21,352 nt of DNA. Source: Candidatus Woesearchaeota archaeon (lineage in GTDB: Archaea > Nanobdellota > Nanobdellia > Woesearchaeales > SKGA01). The position numbers and the translations under genes were made by a program. How positions within the stretch are numbered: position 1 is the first letter of the stretch; each line of letters begins with the position of its first letter. The stretch spans positions 1 to 21,352 of the forward strand of contig JAFGOT010000015.1 of NCBI GenBank assembly GCA_016926395.1, written 5' to 3'. The notes beneath the pieces were generated by a model that saw nothing but the letters and a program-made list of their open reading frames with translations, made no database searches and had not been told where the DNA came from. Shown here in pieces: positions 1 to 7,664 of this stretch.

Positions 1-1
1 A

Positions 2-70
2 AAAATTCAAACAGATACAAAATTTGGAGAAGAAATTAAAATGGAATCATGCAAAATTAACAAATTTTGA
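2..70 (+). CDS. 3' end of an upstream gene truncated by the window edge (KIQTDTKFGEEIKMESCKINKF*), product unknown
   Basis: Open frame from position 2 to TGA at 68-70, protein-like composition, ends 27 bp before valS. Too short to identify. Confidence 0.4.
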   Translation, partial: KIQTDTKFGEEIKMESCKINKF

Positions 71-97
71 AATTCCATTTAATTTAGAAAAAATAAA

Positions 98-2560
98 ATG
101 GAATTGCCACAAAAATATGATTACAAAGATATTGAAGCTAAATGGAAGGCTTATTGGGATAAAAACAACACTTATGTTTCAGAAATTAAGACTGACGATG
201 AAGAAGAAATTTTTTCTGTTGACACTCCACCTCCAACTGTTAGTGGTCAAATGCACATGGGTCATGCATTCTCATATGCTCAAGGCGATTTTATTGTTAG
301 GTTTCATCGTATGAATGGGAAAAAAATATTCTATCCTTTTGGTACTGATGATAATGGCCTTCCAACAGAACATTTAATTGAGAAAACTAAAAAAGTTAAT
401 TCTCGAAGTATGACTAGACCTGAATTTGTTAAGTTATGTCATGAAACAATAAAAGAAATTAAACCAGAGTTTGTTCAAGCTTGGATTGATTTAGGTATTA
501 GTGCAGATTATAAAAATTCTTATTCTACAATCGATAGTGAACCAACTCGTGTTTCTCAAAAATCATTTTTAGATTTACATAAAAAAGGTTATGTTTACAA
601 AAAAGATACTCCAACAACATGGTGTGTTAAATGCCAAACCGCAATTGCTCAAGCAGATTTTGAAAATATTGAAAAAGATTCTTTCTTTAATGACATTGCA
701 TTTCATGACAGCGAAGGAAACGAGTTAATAATTGCAACAACTCGTCCTGAACTTATTCCTGCATGTGTTGGTTTATTTGCTCACCCAGATGATTCTCGTT
801 ATAAATATCTAAAAGGAAAAACCGCCAAAGTTCCTCTTTTCAATTATGAAGTTCCAATCCTTTTTGATAGTGATGTAGCTATGGATAAAGGAACAGGTCT
901 TATGATGTGTTGTACTTTTGGTGATAAAGAAGATGTTGAGAAATGGCATAAACACAGTCTTGATCTTCGTCAAGTTATTGAAAAATATGGTAAGTTAAAC
1001 GATTTAGCTGGAAAATATTCAGGGATGAAAATTATTGATGCAAGAAAGGCAATCATCGAAGATTTAAAAGAAAGTGGCGATTTAAAAAATCAAACTAAAA
1101 TTAATCATAATGCTAACACGCACGATAGGTGTGGAACAGAAATTGAGTTTATGAAAACATCTCAGTGGTTTATTAACGTTATGGACCATAAAGATGAACT
1201 AATCAAAGCCGCAGATAAAATTACATGGCATCCAGCACATATGAAAGTTCGTTATGTTAATTGGGTCTCTAACCTTAATTGGGATTGGTGTATTTCTCGT
1301 CAACGACATTTTGGAGTTCCATTTCCTGTTTGGTATGAAAAAGACACTGGAAATATTGTTTTGGCAGATGAATCAGAACTACCAATCGATCCAACAACTC
1401 AAACTCCTAAAAATTACAAAGGAGATCCAACAAACTTAGTTGCGGAATCAGATGTTCTTGATACTTGGGCAACAAGTTCAGTCACACCACAAATTGCTCT
1501 TGAATGGGGAAAAACTGATGAAGAAATTTTCAAGAAAAACATACCTATGACTATTCGTCTTCAAGCACACGATATAATCAGAACTTGGGCGTTTTATACA
1601 ATAACAAAAGGTCTTTACAATAATGGCGTGGTTCCTTGGAACAATATTATGGTTTCAGGTTTTGTTCTTGATCCACAAGGTAAAAAAATGTCAAAAAGTA
1701 AAGGAAACACAATTGATCCTGTTGCTTTAGTTGACAAGTATGGTGCAGATGCTGTTCGTTATGGCGCTAGTGCTGTAAAACTTGGTGAAGATCTTCCTTT
1801 CCAAGAAAAATATCTTGACACTGGAAAAAGAACAACTACAAAATTATTTAATGCTGCAAAATTTGCTCACCTTCACTTAGAAGACTACAAAGAAGAATTT
1901 GATGCAAGCAAGATTACTGCAATCGATAAATGGATTGTGTCAAAACTTCAAAAAACCATCAAGTCTGCTAATGAATTTTTGAGTCAGTACGAGTTTGCAA
2001 AAGCTCGTGCAGATATTGAAAAGTTTTTCTGGCAAGATCTTTGTGATAATTACTTAGAAATTGTTAAAGATAGACTTTACAAACCAGAAACATATGGCGA
2101 AGATAAAAAACTAGCAGGTCAAATGACTGTTGCTTATATTCTAGAAAACACAGTTAAACTATTTGCACCATACTTACCTTTTGTAACTGAAGAAATTTAT
2201 TCGTGGTATTTTTCAGAACGTAATGGAGAAAAATCAGTTCATACAAGTAAGTGGCCAGAATTTAATTCCAAATTAGTTTTTGAAACTGAGGAAGCTGCAG
2301 GAGAAAAATTAAAGTATGTTCTTAGTGCTGGACGAAAAGCTAAAAACAATGCGGGCGTTAGTCAAAAGAATGCTTTTGAGGAACTAAATTTAGAGGTGTC
2401 CAGTTCTGAAAGCAAACTTCTTGAAATGGTAAAATCAGACATTGATATAACTTTAACTTCTAAGTGTGAAATCTTAGGAAATAAAGAAGAAGATATTCTT
2501 AATGAACAATTTGAATTGACTAATTTCAAACTCGCTCCAAAAGAAGAGAAAAAAGAGTAA
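98..2560 (+). CDS. valS: Valine--tRNA ligase, archaeal type
   Basis: Class I motifs PPPTVSG-HMGH (HIGH) and KMSKS, WCISRQR, DVLDTWATSS, GTG-MM-CTFGD in the CP1 editing region; no long bacterial C-terminal coiled coil. Confidence 0.98.
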   Translation: MELPQKYDYKDIEAKWKAYWDKNNTYVSEIKTDDEEEIFSVDTPPPTVSGQMHMGHAFSYAQGDFIVRFHRMNGKKIFYPFGTDDNGLPTEHLIEKTKKVNSRSMTRPEFVKLCHETIKEIKPEFVQAWIDLGISADYKNSYSTIDSEPTRVSQKSFLDLHKKGYVYKKDTPTTWCVKCQTAIAQADFENIEKDSFFNDIAFHDSEGNELIIATTRPELIPACVGLFAHPDDSRYKYLKGKTAKVPLFNYEVPILFDSDVAMDKGTGLMMCCTFGDKEDVEKWHKHSLDLRQVIEKYGKLNDLAGKYSGMKIIDARKAIIEDLKESGDLKNQTKINHNANTHDRCGTEIEFMKTSQWFINVMDHKDELIKAADKITWHPAHMKVRYVNWVSNLNWDWCISRQRHFGVPFPVWYEKDTGNIVLADESELPIDPTTQTPKNYKGDPTNLVAESDVLDTWATSSVTPQIALEWGKTDEEIFKKNIPMTIRLQAHDIIRTWAFYTITKGLYNNGVVPWNNIMVSGFVLDPQGKKMSKSKGNTIDPVALVDKYGADAVRYGASAVKLGEDLPFQEKYLDTGKRTTTKLFNAAKFAHLHLEDYKEEFDASKITAIDKWIVSKLQKTIKSANEFLSQYEFAKARADIEKFFWQDLCDNYLEIVKDRLYKPETYGEDKKLAGQMTVAYILENTVKLFAPYLPFVTEEIYSWYFSERNGEKSVHTSKWPEFNSKLVFETEEAAGEKLKYVLSAGRKAKNNAGVSQKNAFEELNLEVSSSESKLLEMVKSDIDITLTSKCEILGNKEEDILNEQFELTNFKLAPKEEKKE

Positions 2561-2590
2561 ATTTTTCTTTTTATTTTATTTTCACTTTTT
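2561..2590 (+). terminator. U-rich archaeal-type terminator after valS
   Basis: Run of oligo-T tracts (ATTTTTCTTTTTATTTTATTTTCACTTTTT) directly after the stop codon. Confidence 0.45.
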
Positions 2591-2612
2591 ATAGAAGTAA
2601 TCCCCCAAACAT

Positions 2613-2620
2613 TTTTAAAG
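2613..2620 (+). promoter_or_regulatory. TATA box for a leaderless SdpI-like/flavodoxin operon
   Basis: TTTTAAAG ending 24 nt before ATG 2644. Confidence 0.55.
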
Positions 2621-2643
2621 GAAAACAACCATTAAACACCCAT

Positions 2644-3384
2644 ATGGCAAAGTCTAACTTTTTCAAAATGTCATCAAATCATGCAATCACACTAATATTA
2701 GTCGCTCTAATCGTTGCGTCTATGGCATTAAGCGTTCATTTCTACAACGATATGCCTGATAAAATGGCAACTCATTGGGATTCTCATGAAGTCGCCAACG
2801 GCTGGACAAGCAAAGATGTTGCTTTGTTTATGTTCCCAACAATTCTTGGATTATTAACCGTTATTTTTCTGCTTATTCCAAACATCGATCCTTTAAAACA
2901 AAATCTGTTAAAATTTGAACGTCAATTTGGAGTGTTCATGATTTTACTCAGTACATTTATCATAGTTATCCAAGCTCAGGTTATTTCTTGGAACAAAGGA
3001 ATTCCAATCAGCCCAAGTTTCATTACAACCATCGCTCTTGGAATATTATTTTTTTATGCAGGCACACTTCTTAAAAAATCTAAAAGAAATTATTTTATTG
3101 GCATTCGTACTCCTTGGACACTTAACAGCGATTATGTTTGGGAAAAAACACATCGAGTTGGAAGTATTTTATTTAAGATTGCAGCAATAATATTTATTTT
3201 TAGTTCTCTTCTCAAAGGAATTACTTCTTGGATTATTATAATCACAGTTTTTTCTTTAGTAATAATAACAATGATTTATTCATACACACTATACATAAAA
3301 GAAGAAAAATCCAAATTAGAAGATAAAAATATAGTTTCAAAAAAAGCTCATTCTAAAAAAAGAGCAATAAAAAAAATAAAGTAG
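2644..3384 (+). CDS. SdpI-family (DUF1648 + SdpI) membrane protein
   Basis: N-terminal TM then MPDKMATHW...ANGW (DUF1648 pattern); C-terminal RNYFIGIRTPWTL-S-YVWEKTHR signature of SdpI/YfhL; about 6 TM segments. Confidence 0.85.
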   Translation: MAKSNFFKMSSNHAITLILVALIVASMALSVHFYNDMPDKMATHWDSHEVANGWTSKDVALFMFPTILGLLTVIFLLIPNIDPLKQNLLKFERQFGVFMILLSTFIIVIQAQVISWNKGIPISPSFITTIALGILFFYAGTLLKKSKRNYFIGIRTPWTLNSDYVWEKTHRVGSILFKIAAIIFIFSSLLKGITSWIIIITVFSLVIITMIYSYTLYIKEEKSKLEDKNIVSKKAHSKKRAIKKIK

Positions 3385-3394
3385 AGTTTGAAAA

Positions 3395-3970
3395 ATGACA
3401 AAAAGAATTATAGTTATTAATGGACATTCTATCAAAAACAGTTTTTGTGAATCAATTGCTAGAAGCTATATACAAGGAGCTAAAGAAAGCAAAGCAGAAA
3501 TTAAATTCATAAATTTATATGATTTAAAATTTGACCCTGTTTTTATTTCTAAGAAAAAACAACCTCTTGAAAAAAATTTAAAACATGTTCAAGAAAGCAT
3601 CAAATGGGCCGATCATATTGTTTTTGTTTATCCTCTTTGGTGGGGAGATATGCCTGCTTTAATGAAGGGTTTTTTGGATAGAGCATTTATTCCTGGATTT
3701 GCATACGATCCAAAAAACAAAACAATGGGTCTTCCAAAAGGTCTTCTAAAAGGAAAATCCGCAAGAGCAATCATTACAATGGGAGCTCCTCTTCCAGTTT
3801 ACAAATTGATTTTTAGAAAACCAGCAACTAAGATAATAAACATCGCTCTAAAGTATTGCGGGATTAAACCCGTTAGAACAACTCACTTTGGAAAAATAGA
3901 CTCTAGCACTGAACAAACTAGAAAACAAATACTAAGCAAGGTTAAACATCTTGGTAGTAAGTTGCAGTAA
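3395..3970 (+). CDS. NAD(P)H-dependent oxidoreductase, flavodoxin-like fold (Flavodoxin_2, MdaB/KefF-like)
   Basis: IIVINGH, WADHIVFVYPLWWGDMPALMKGFLDR, LLKGKSARAIITMG motifs. Confidence 0.9.
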   Translation: MTKRIIVINGHSIKNSFCESIARSYIQGAKESKAEIKFINLYDLKFDPVFISKKKQPLEKNLKHVQESIKWADHIVFVYPLWWGDMPALMKGFLDRAFIPGFAYDPKNKTMGLPKGLLKGKSARAIITMGAPLPVYKLIFRKPATKIINIALKYCGIKPVRTTHFGKIDSSTEQTRKQILSKVKHLGSKLQ

Positions 3971-4017
3971 GATTTATAAGCGAAGTTGCTTAATTATTAT
4001 CTAAAGAGGTTAGTTTA

Positions 4018-4524
4018 ATGTTTTTTTCAAAAAGAAAAGGTCAAGCAGCATTAGAATATCTAGTCACTTATGGCTGGGCTTTGGCAGTTATTGTTGTTGC
4101 AGTTGGCGTTCTTTCTTACTTTGGTTTCTTAAATCCTAACCGATACATTCCAGATAGTTGTGAATTTGGAGAACAACTAAAATGTGTTGACCAATACATT
4201 GATGCAAATGCAGACGGTAGTAACGGCCAGATAGTTATGCGTTTCAGAAATAACTTTGAAGATAGTATTAACATAACAAACGCATATGCTACAACAAAAC
4301 CCATAACATTCAAAGATGATAATTCGGGACAGGGCTATGTCGTCATCGAAAGAGGAGAGGTTGGTAGAGTTTATTTTGATACCACTGAAAGTATCTTTCC
4401 CGGAACTAAAGAACGATTTGGGATTGTTATAGAATTTAAACGTACAGGCGGAAACGTCAAACATAATATTACAGGCGAAGTTTTTACCGAAGTTTCTGAA
4501 AACGAACTAGGATTGTTATCTTAA
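4018..4524 (+). CDS. Type IV pilin-like protein with class III signal peptide
   Basis: Basic N-terminus KRKG, cleavage before QAALE with Glu at +5, YGWA plus hydrophobic helix, Cys pair, beta-rich C-terminus; SD-like GAGGT at 4006-4010 and TTTATAAG at 3973-3980. Confidence 0.85.
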   Translation: MFFSKRKGQAALEYLVTYGWALAVIVVAVGVLSYFGFLNPNRYIPDSCEFGEQLKCVDQYIDANADGSNGQIVMRFRNNFEDSINITNAYATTKPITFKDDNSGQGYVVIERGEVGRVYFDTTESIFPGTKERFGIVIEFKRTGGNVKHNITGEVFTEVSENELGLLS

Positions 4525-4525
4525 A

Positions 4526-4801
4526 ATGATAAGTAAATTCCGTCAAAAAATAAAAGAAAATGAAAAAACAATAGAAATTATTGCATCAATTTTAGCAGTT
4601 TTAATGTTTTTTTCATTAATTGAGATTCTCATTTCTAACATTCAAGGAAAAAGCAACATTTTTATTCAACCAATAGCTACTGCAGTAAATGGAGCTTTTT
4701 GGAGCCTCTATGCATTTAGCAAAAAGGATTGGCTTTTATTTACACCTAATTTTTTAGCATTAATTTTAGGTATTCTAACTGCTATTTCTGTTATTTTTTA
4801 A
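4526..4801 (+). CDS. SemiSWEET-like small sugar transporter (3 TM)
   Basis: 91 aa, three hydrophobic helices, pattern GKSNIFIQP..AVNGAFWSLYA..KKD....PN..A.ILG matching the SemiSWEET/MtN3 unit. Confidence 0.7.
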   Translation: MISKFRQKIKENEKTIEIIASILAVLMFFSLIEILISNIQGKSNIFIQPIATAVNGAFWSLYAFSKKDWLLFTPNFLALILGILTAISVIF

Positions 4802-4914
4802 ACATAAAGCAAATAACATCATTAGAGGGCTTCTAAACACATAATAATAAGATTTATATATTAGTATACACTTTTCCACAACAGTATTTACTATTTAACA
4901 GGGTGTATAATAAT

Positions 4915-5739
4915 ATGAGAACAATTTGCGTAATCAACCAAAAAGGCGGTGTAGGTAAAACTACAACAGCTGTTAACGTGGCTGCAGGATTATCCAGAAA
5001 GGATAAAAAAGTTCTGCTTATTGACTTGGATCCCCAAGGCAATATTGCTCATTCGCTAACTACAACTAAACAATTTTCATTGTATGATTTCTTAACAAGC
5101 AAGTGTTCATTCATCGATGCAATAAATCATTTAGGTGAAAATCTAGATGTAATTCATAGTAATGACTCACTAACCAAAATAGATGTATTTTTAGCAAAGC
5201 AAAGCTCACCTCATCAATATATTAAAAATAAATTTGCAGAAATAAATGAATACGACTACATAATATTTGACTGTGCCCCGTCGCTTGGTCTACTTAATCA
5301 AGGAGCATTACTTTTCGCTAAAGAAGCGATGATTCCAGTATCTACACAATACTTATCTCTGACAGGCTTAACATTTATGGTAGAAGCAATCAGAGAGTTA
5401 AATGAACACTTTGATCACAACCTGCAAATTAATTACATCGTTCCAACATTACACGATGCTAGAAACAAAACAAATAGAAACATGCTTGCTAAACTACAAA
5501 AAGATTACAAAGACATCTTAACAAGTCCAATTAGAATCAACGCAAAACTTTCTGAAGCACCAGCAAGTGGGCGTTCAATCTTTGGATATGATAAATCTTC
5601 TCGAGGAGCAAAAGATTATGGTGACTTGGTTGATAAAGTAACTCTTCTAGAATCGGATTTTCGTGAAGAATCAGCTCCAGCTCAGCCAATAAGTCTTAGA
5701 GTTCAACAACTTATGAAAGATGTTGAAATCGAAGATTAG
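4915..5739 (+). CDS. parA: ParA/Soj-family ATPase
   Basis: Deviant Walker A NQKGGVGKTT, LLIDLDPQGN, YDYIIFDCAPSLG, LSEAP..G.SIF.YD. Start moved from GTG 4903 to ATG 4915 because GGGTG at 4901-4905 looks like its SD and MRTICVINQKGG is the usual N-terminus. Confidence 0.93.
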   Translation: MRTICVINQKGGVGKTTTAVNVAAGLSRKDKKVLLIDLDPQGNIAHSLTTTKQFSLYDFLTSKCSFIDAINHLGENLDVIHSNDSLTKIDVFLAKQSSPHQYIKNKFAEINEYDYIIFDCAPSLGLLNQGALLFAKEAMIPVSTQYLSLTGLTFMVEAIRELNEHFDHNLQINYIVPTLHDARNKTNRNMLAKLQKDYKDILTSPIRINAKLSEAPASGRSIFGYDKSSRGAKDYGDLVDKVTLLESDFREESAPAQPISLRVQQLMKDVEIED

Positions 5740-5759
5740 ACATAAAACAACAAGTTTAA

Positions 5760-5776
5760 TTTATTTTTCTTTTTTT
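5760..5776 (+). terminator. U-rich terminator after parA
   Basis: TTTATTTTTCTTTTTTT tract about 20 nt after the stop codon. Confidence 0.4.
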
Positions 5777-5804
5777 GACAAATTCTTGTTTAAAAACCCA
5801 AATA

Positions 5805-5812
5805 TTTAAAAA
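5805..5812 (+). promoter_or_regulatory. TATA box of tRNA-Leu
   Basis: TTTAAAAA ending about 40 nt upstream of the mature tRNA 5' end. Confidence 0.5.
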
Positions 5813-5852
5813 GCAGATTTTAATCTCTAATTACACCAGATTTACTCTTAAT

Positions 5853-5941
5853 GCGGGGGTAGCAAAGTCTGGTCAAATGCGCAGGACTTAAGATCCTGTC
5901 TCTTAGTGAGTTCGTGGGTTCGAATCCCTCCCCCCGCACCA
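5853..5941 (+). tRNA. tRNA-Leu(UAA), intron-less, CCA encoded
   Basis: Acceptor GCGGGGG/CCCCCGC, anticodon arm CAGGA-CT TAA GA-TCCTG, long variable arm, T-loop TTCGAAT, discriminator A then CCA; one U-U mismatch in the T stem (5915/5929). Confidence 0.97.
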
Positions 5942-5981
5942 TTCTTTCTTTAGAATAACTAAACAAACATAATAGATTCAA

Positions 5982-6067
5982 GAAGTCACGGGTTCGAATC
6001 GGTTGAATTTATTCAACCCCCAAAAATCTCTGATTTTTGCATGCCTAACACCGCACCATTCTTTCTT
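5982..6067 (+). repeat. Degenerate direct repeat of the tRNA-Leu 3' end and trailer, interrupted by a 43-bp insertion
   Basis: GGGTTCGAATC at 5916-5926 and 5990-6000; CCGCACCATTCTTTCTT at 5934-5950 and 6051-6067. Removing 6001-6043 restores identical spacing, 36/43 nt identical to 5908-5950 by hand count. Confidence 0.85.
6001..6043. repeat. 43-bp double-hairpin palindromic element
   Basis: GGTTGAAT-TT-ATTCAACC (6001-6018) and CAAAAATC-TCT-GATTTTTG (6021-6039), both perfect 8-bp inverted repeats, followed by CATG. Confidence 0.85.
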
Positions 6068-6094
6068 CAAACATTCATTACTAATCCACAATCT

Positions 6095-6102
6095 TTTTAA
6101 AA
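6095..6102 (+). promoter_or_regulatory. TATA box for the DUF4405-like gene
   Basis: TTTTAAAA ending 22 nt before GTG 6124. Confidence 0.5.
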
Positions 6103-6123
6103 CAAAATTTTTCCTAAAAAAAA

Positions 6124-6642
6124 GTGAATAAAGCAACTAAACTATACATTGTGGATATGATTCTTGCAATATCATTTATTCTAGCAGGAATTACAGGTGT
6201 GATTAAAATGCCTGGTTGGTTTAATATAAAACCAGAAATATTGAAACCTTTAATGATTATTCATGACTGGTCAGGCATCGCCATGGTTGCTTTGGTTTTA
6301 GTTCATTTAATACAACACTGGAAATGGATTGTAGCAATGACTAAACGCCTCATTATTCAAAATGAACAAGTAAAAAATATTTTCATAATTATTGGGGTTA
6401 TGATTATCACATCTATTCTAGCTCTTAGCGCATATTCTTTAACAAGCAAAATATCAAATAATAACCAAGAAAATTCTATTTCAAACACCATTTCAGAAGA
6501 AAACACTCATTTTGAAGAACCACAACACAAAAATATTAAAACAGGTGGTTGTCCATACGGTGTTGAAGATGATCCATATCCAGGATTATGCGGTCTTTAC
6601 AAAGATAGAAATGAAAATGGCCTTTGTGATTATGGCGAATAA
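6124..6642 (+). CDS. DUF4405-like membrane protein with C-terminal CPYG...C...DxNxNGxCD motif
   Basis: YIVD-IL-ISF....ITG first helix; second helix with HDWSG and HLIQHWKW; third TM; polar linker; terminal GGCPYGVEDDPYPGLCGLYKDRNENGLCD. GTG start. Confidence 0.7.
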   Translation: MNKATKLYIVDMILAISFILAGITGVIKMPGWFNIKPEILKPLMIIHDWSGIAMVALVLVHLIQHWKWIVAMTKRLIIQNEQVKNIFIIIGVMIITSILALSAYSLTSKISNNNQENSISNTISEENTHFEEPQHKNIKTGGCPYGVEDDPYPGLCGLYKDRNENGLCDYGE

Positions 6643-6645
6643 AGT

Positions 6646-7641
6646 TTATTCATCACGTAGAGCATGACAACTTCTCCCAGGGTTTTTATCATAGAAGTCT
6701 TGATGATATTCTTCTGCTTTATAGAAAGGTCCAGCAGGAACTATTTGTGTTACAGCAGGATTTGGAAAAATTCCTTTTGCATCAAACTCTGCCTTGCTTT
6801 GTTCTGCAATTTCTTTTTGTTCCTCACTATGATAAAATATTGCCGATCGATATTGCGTTCCTACATCAGGTCCTTGTTTGTTAACTTGAGTTGGATCATG
6901 AAGTCTCCAGAAATAATCTAAAACTTCTTTGTAAGTAATTATGTTAGGATCAAAATAGAGTTCTACAGATTCAGCGTGACCTGTTTTTCCAGAACTTACA
7001 GTTATATAATTAGGATCTTCTGTGCTTCCACCAGTATAACCTGAAACAACAGAAATTATTCCAGGAACATCTTCTAATAATTTTTCAACGCCCCAAAAAC
7101 ACCCTCCTGCAAGTGTTGCTTTTTCATATGGAAATAAATTAACATAATCACCATATCCTTCATCCTCTAAATCTTGAAAAGGAATAAAATGTAGTGCCGC
7201 AGAATTTAAACAATATCTGTCTCCACCATTTGGTCCATCATTAAAAACATGACCAAGGTGCGACTCCTCTGTTCTAATTTCCATCCTCGCAGTTCCAAGA
7301 CTCATATCTAATTCTTCTTGGATATTTGCATCATCAATTGGTTTTGTAAAACTAGGCCAACCAGTTCCCGAATCATATTTATCAAGACTACTAAATAATG
7401 GTTCCCCTGTATTTATATCAACATAAATTCCAGGTCTTTTCTCATCCCAATACTCATTTTCGAATGGTTTTTCAGTGCCTGATTGTTTTGTCACAAAATA
7501 AGATAAGTTTTTTTCCACATTATCACGATCCTCAATATATTTATTAGTGGAATCATTTAAGTTAACAATTTCATTATTAGTGCAAGAAGTGAATAAAAAA
7601 GTTAAAGATAGAATTAAAACAAGAAAAACAATCGATTTCAC
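6646..7641 (-). CDS. msrAB: Bifunctional peptide-methionine sulfoxide reductase, MsrB-MsrA order, with N-terminal lipoprotein-type signal peptide
   Basis: MsrB: [33 protein letters not shown]. MsrA: [35 protein letters not shown]-terminus MK + hydrophobic core + FTSC. Confidence 0.96.
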   Translation of the reverse strand: MKSIVFLVLILSLTFLFTSCTNNEIVNLNDSTNKYIEDRDNVEKNLSYFVTKQSGTEKPFENEYWDEKRPGIYVDINTGEPLFSSLDKYDSGTGWPSFTKPIDDANIQEELDMSLGTARMEIRTEESHLGHVFNDGPNGGDRYCLNSAALHFIPFQDLEDEGYGDYVNLFPYEKATLAGGCFWGVEKLLEDVPGIISVVSGYTGGSTEDPNYITVSSGKTGHAESVELYFDPNIITYKEVLDYFWRLHDPTQVNKQGPDVGTQYRSAIFYHSEEQKEIAEQSKAEFDAKGIFPNPAVTQIVPAGPFYKAEEYHQDFYDKNPGRSCHALRDE

Positions 7642-7664
7642 ACTAAAACAAACAAATCATCAAC

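Noticed and set aside
4872-4880. TTTTCCACA, a DnaA-box-like 9-mer upstream of parA
   Set aside because: Single copy in AT-rich DNA; the organism is archaeal and no box cluster or dnaA is present.
5982-6058. The duplicate as a split-tRNA 3' half or an intron-containing tRNA
   Set aside because: No 5' half or anticodon arm upstream, two T-stem mismatches, no GC-rich complementary leader of the Nanoarchaeum type, and I could not draw a bulge-helix-bulge at the insertion junctions.
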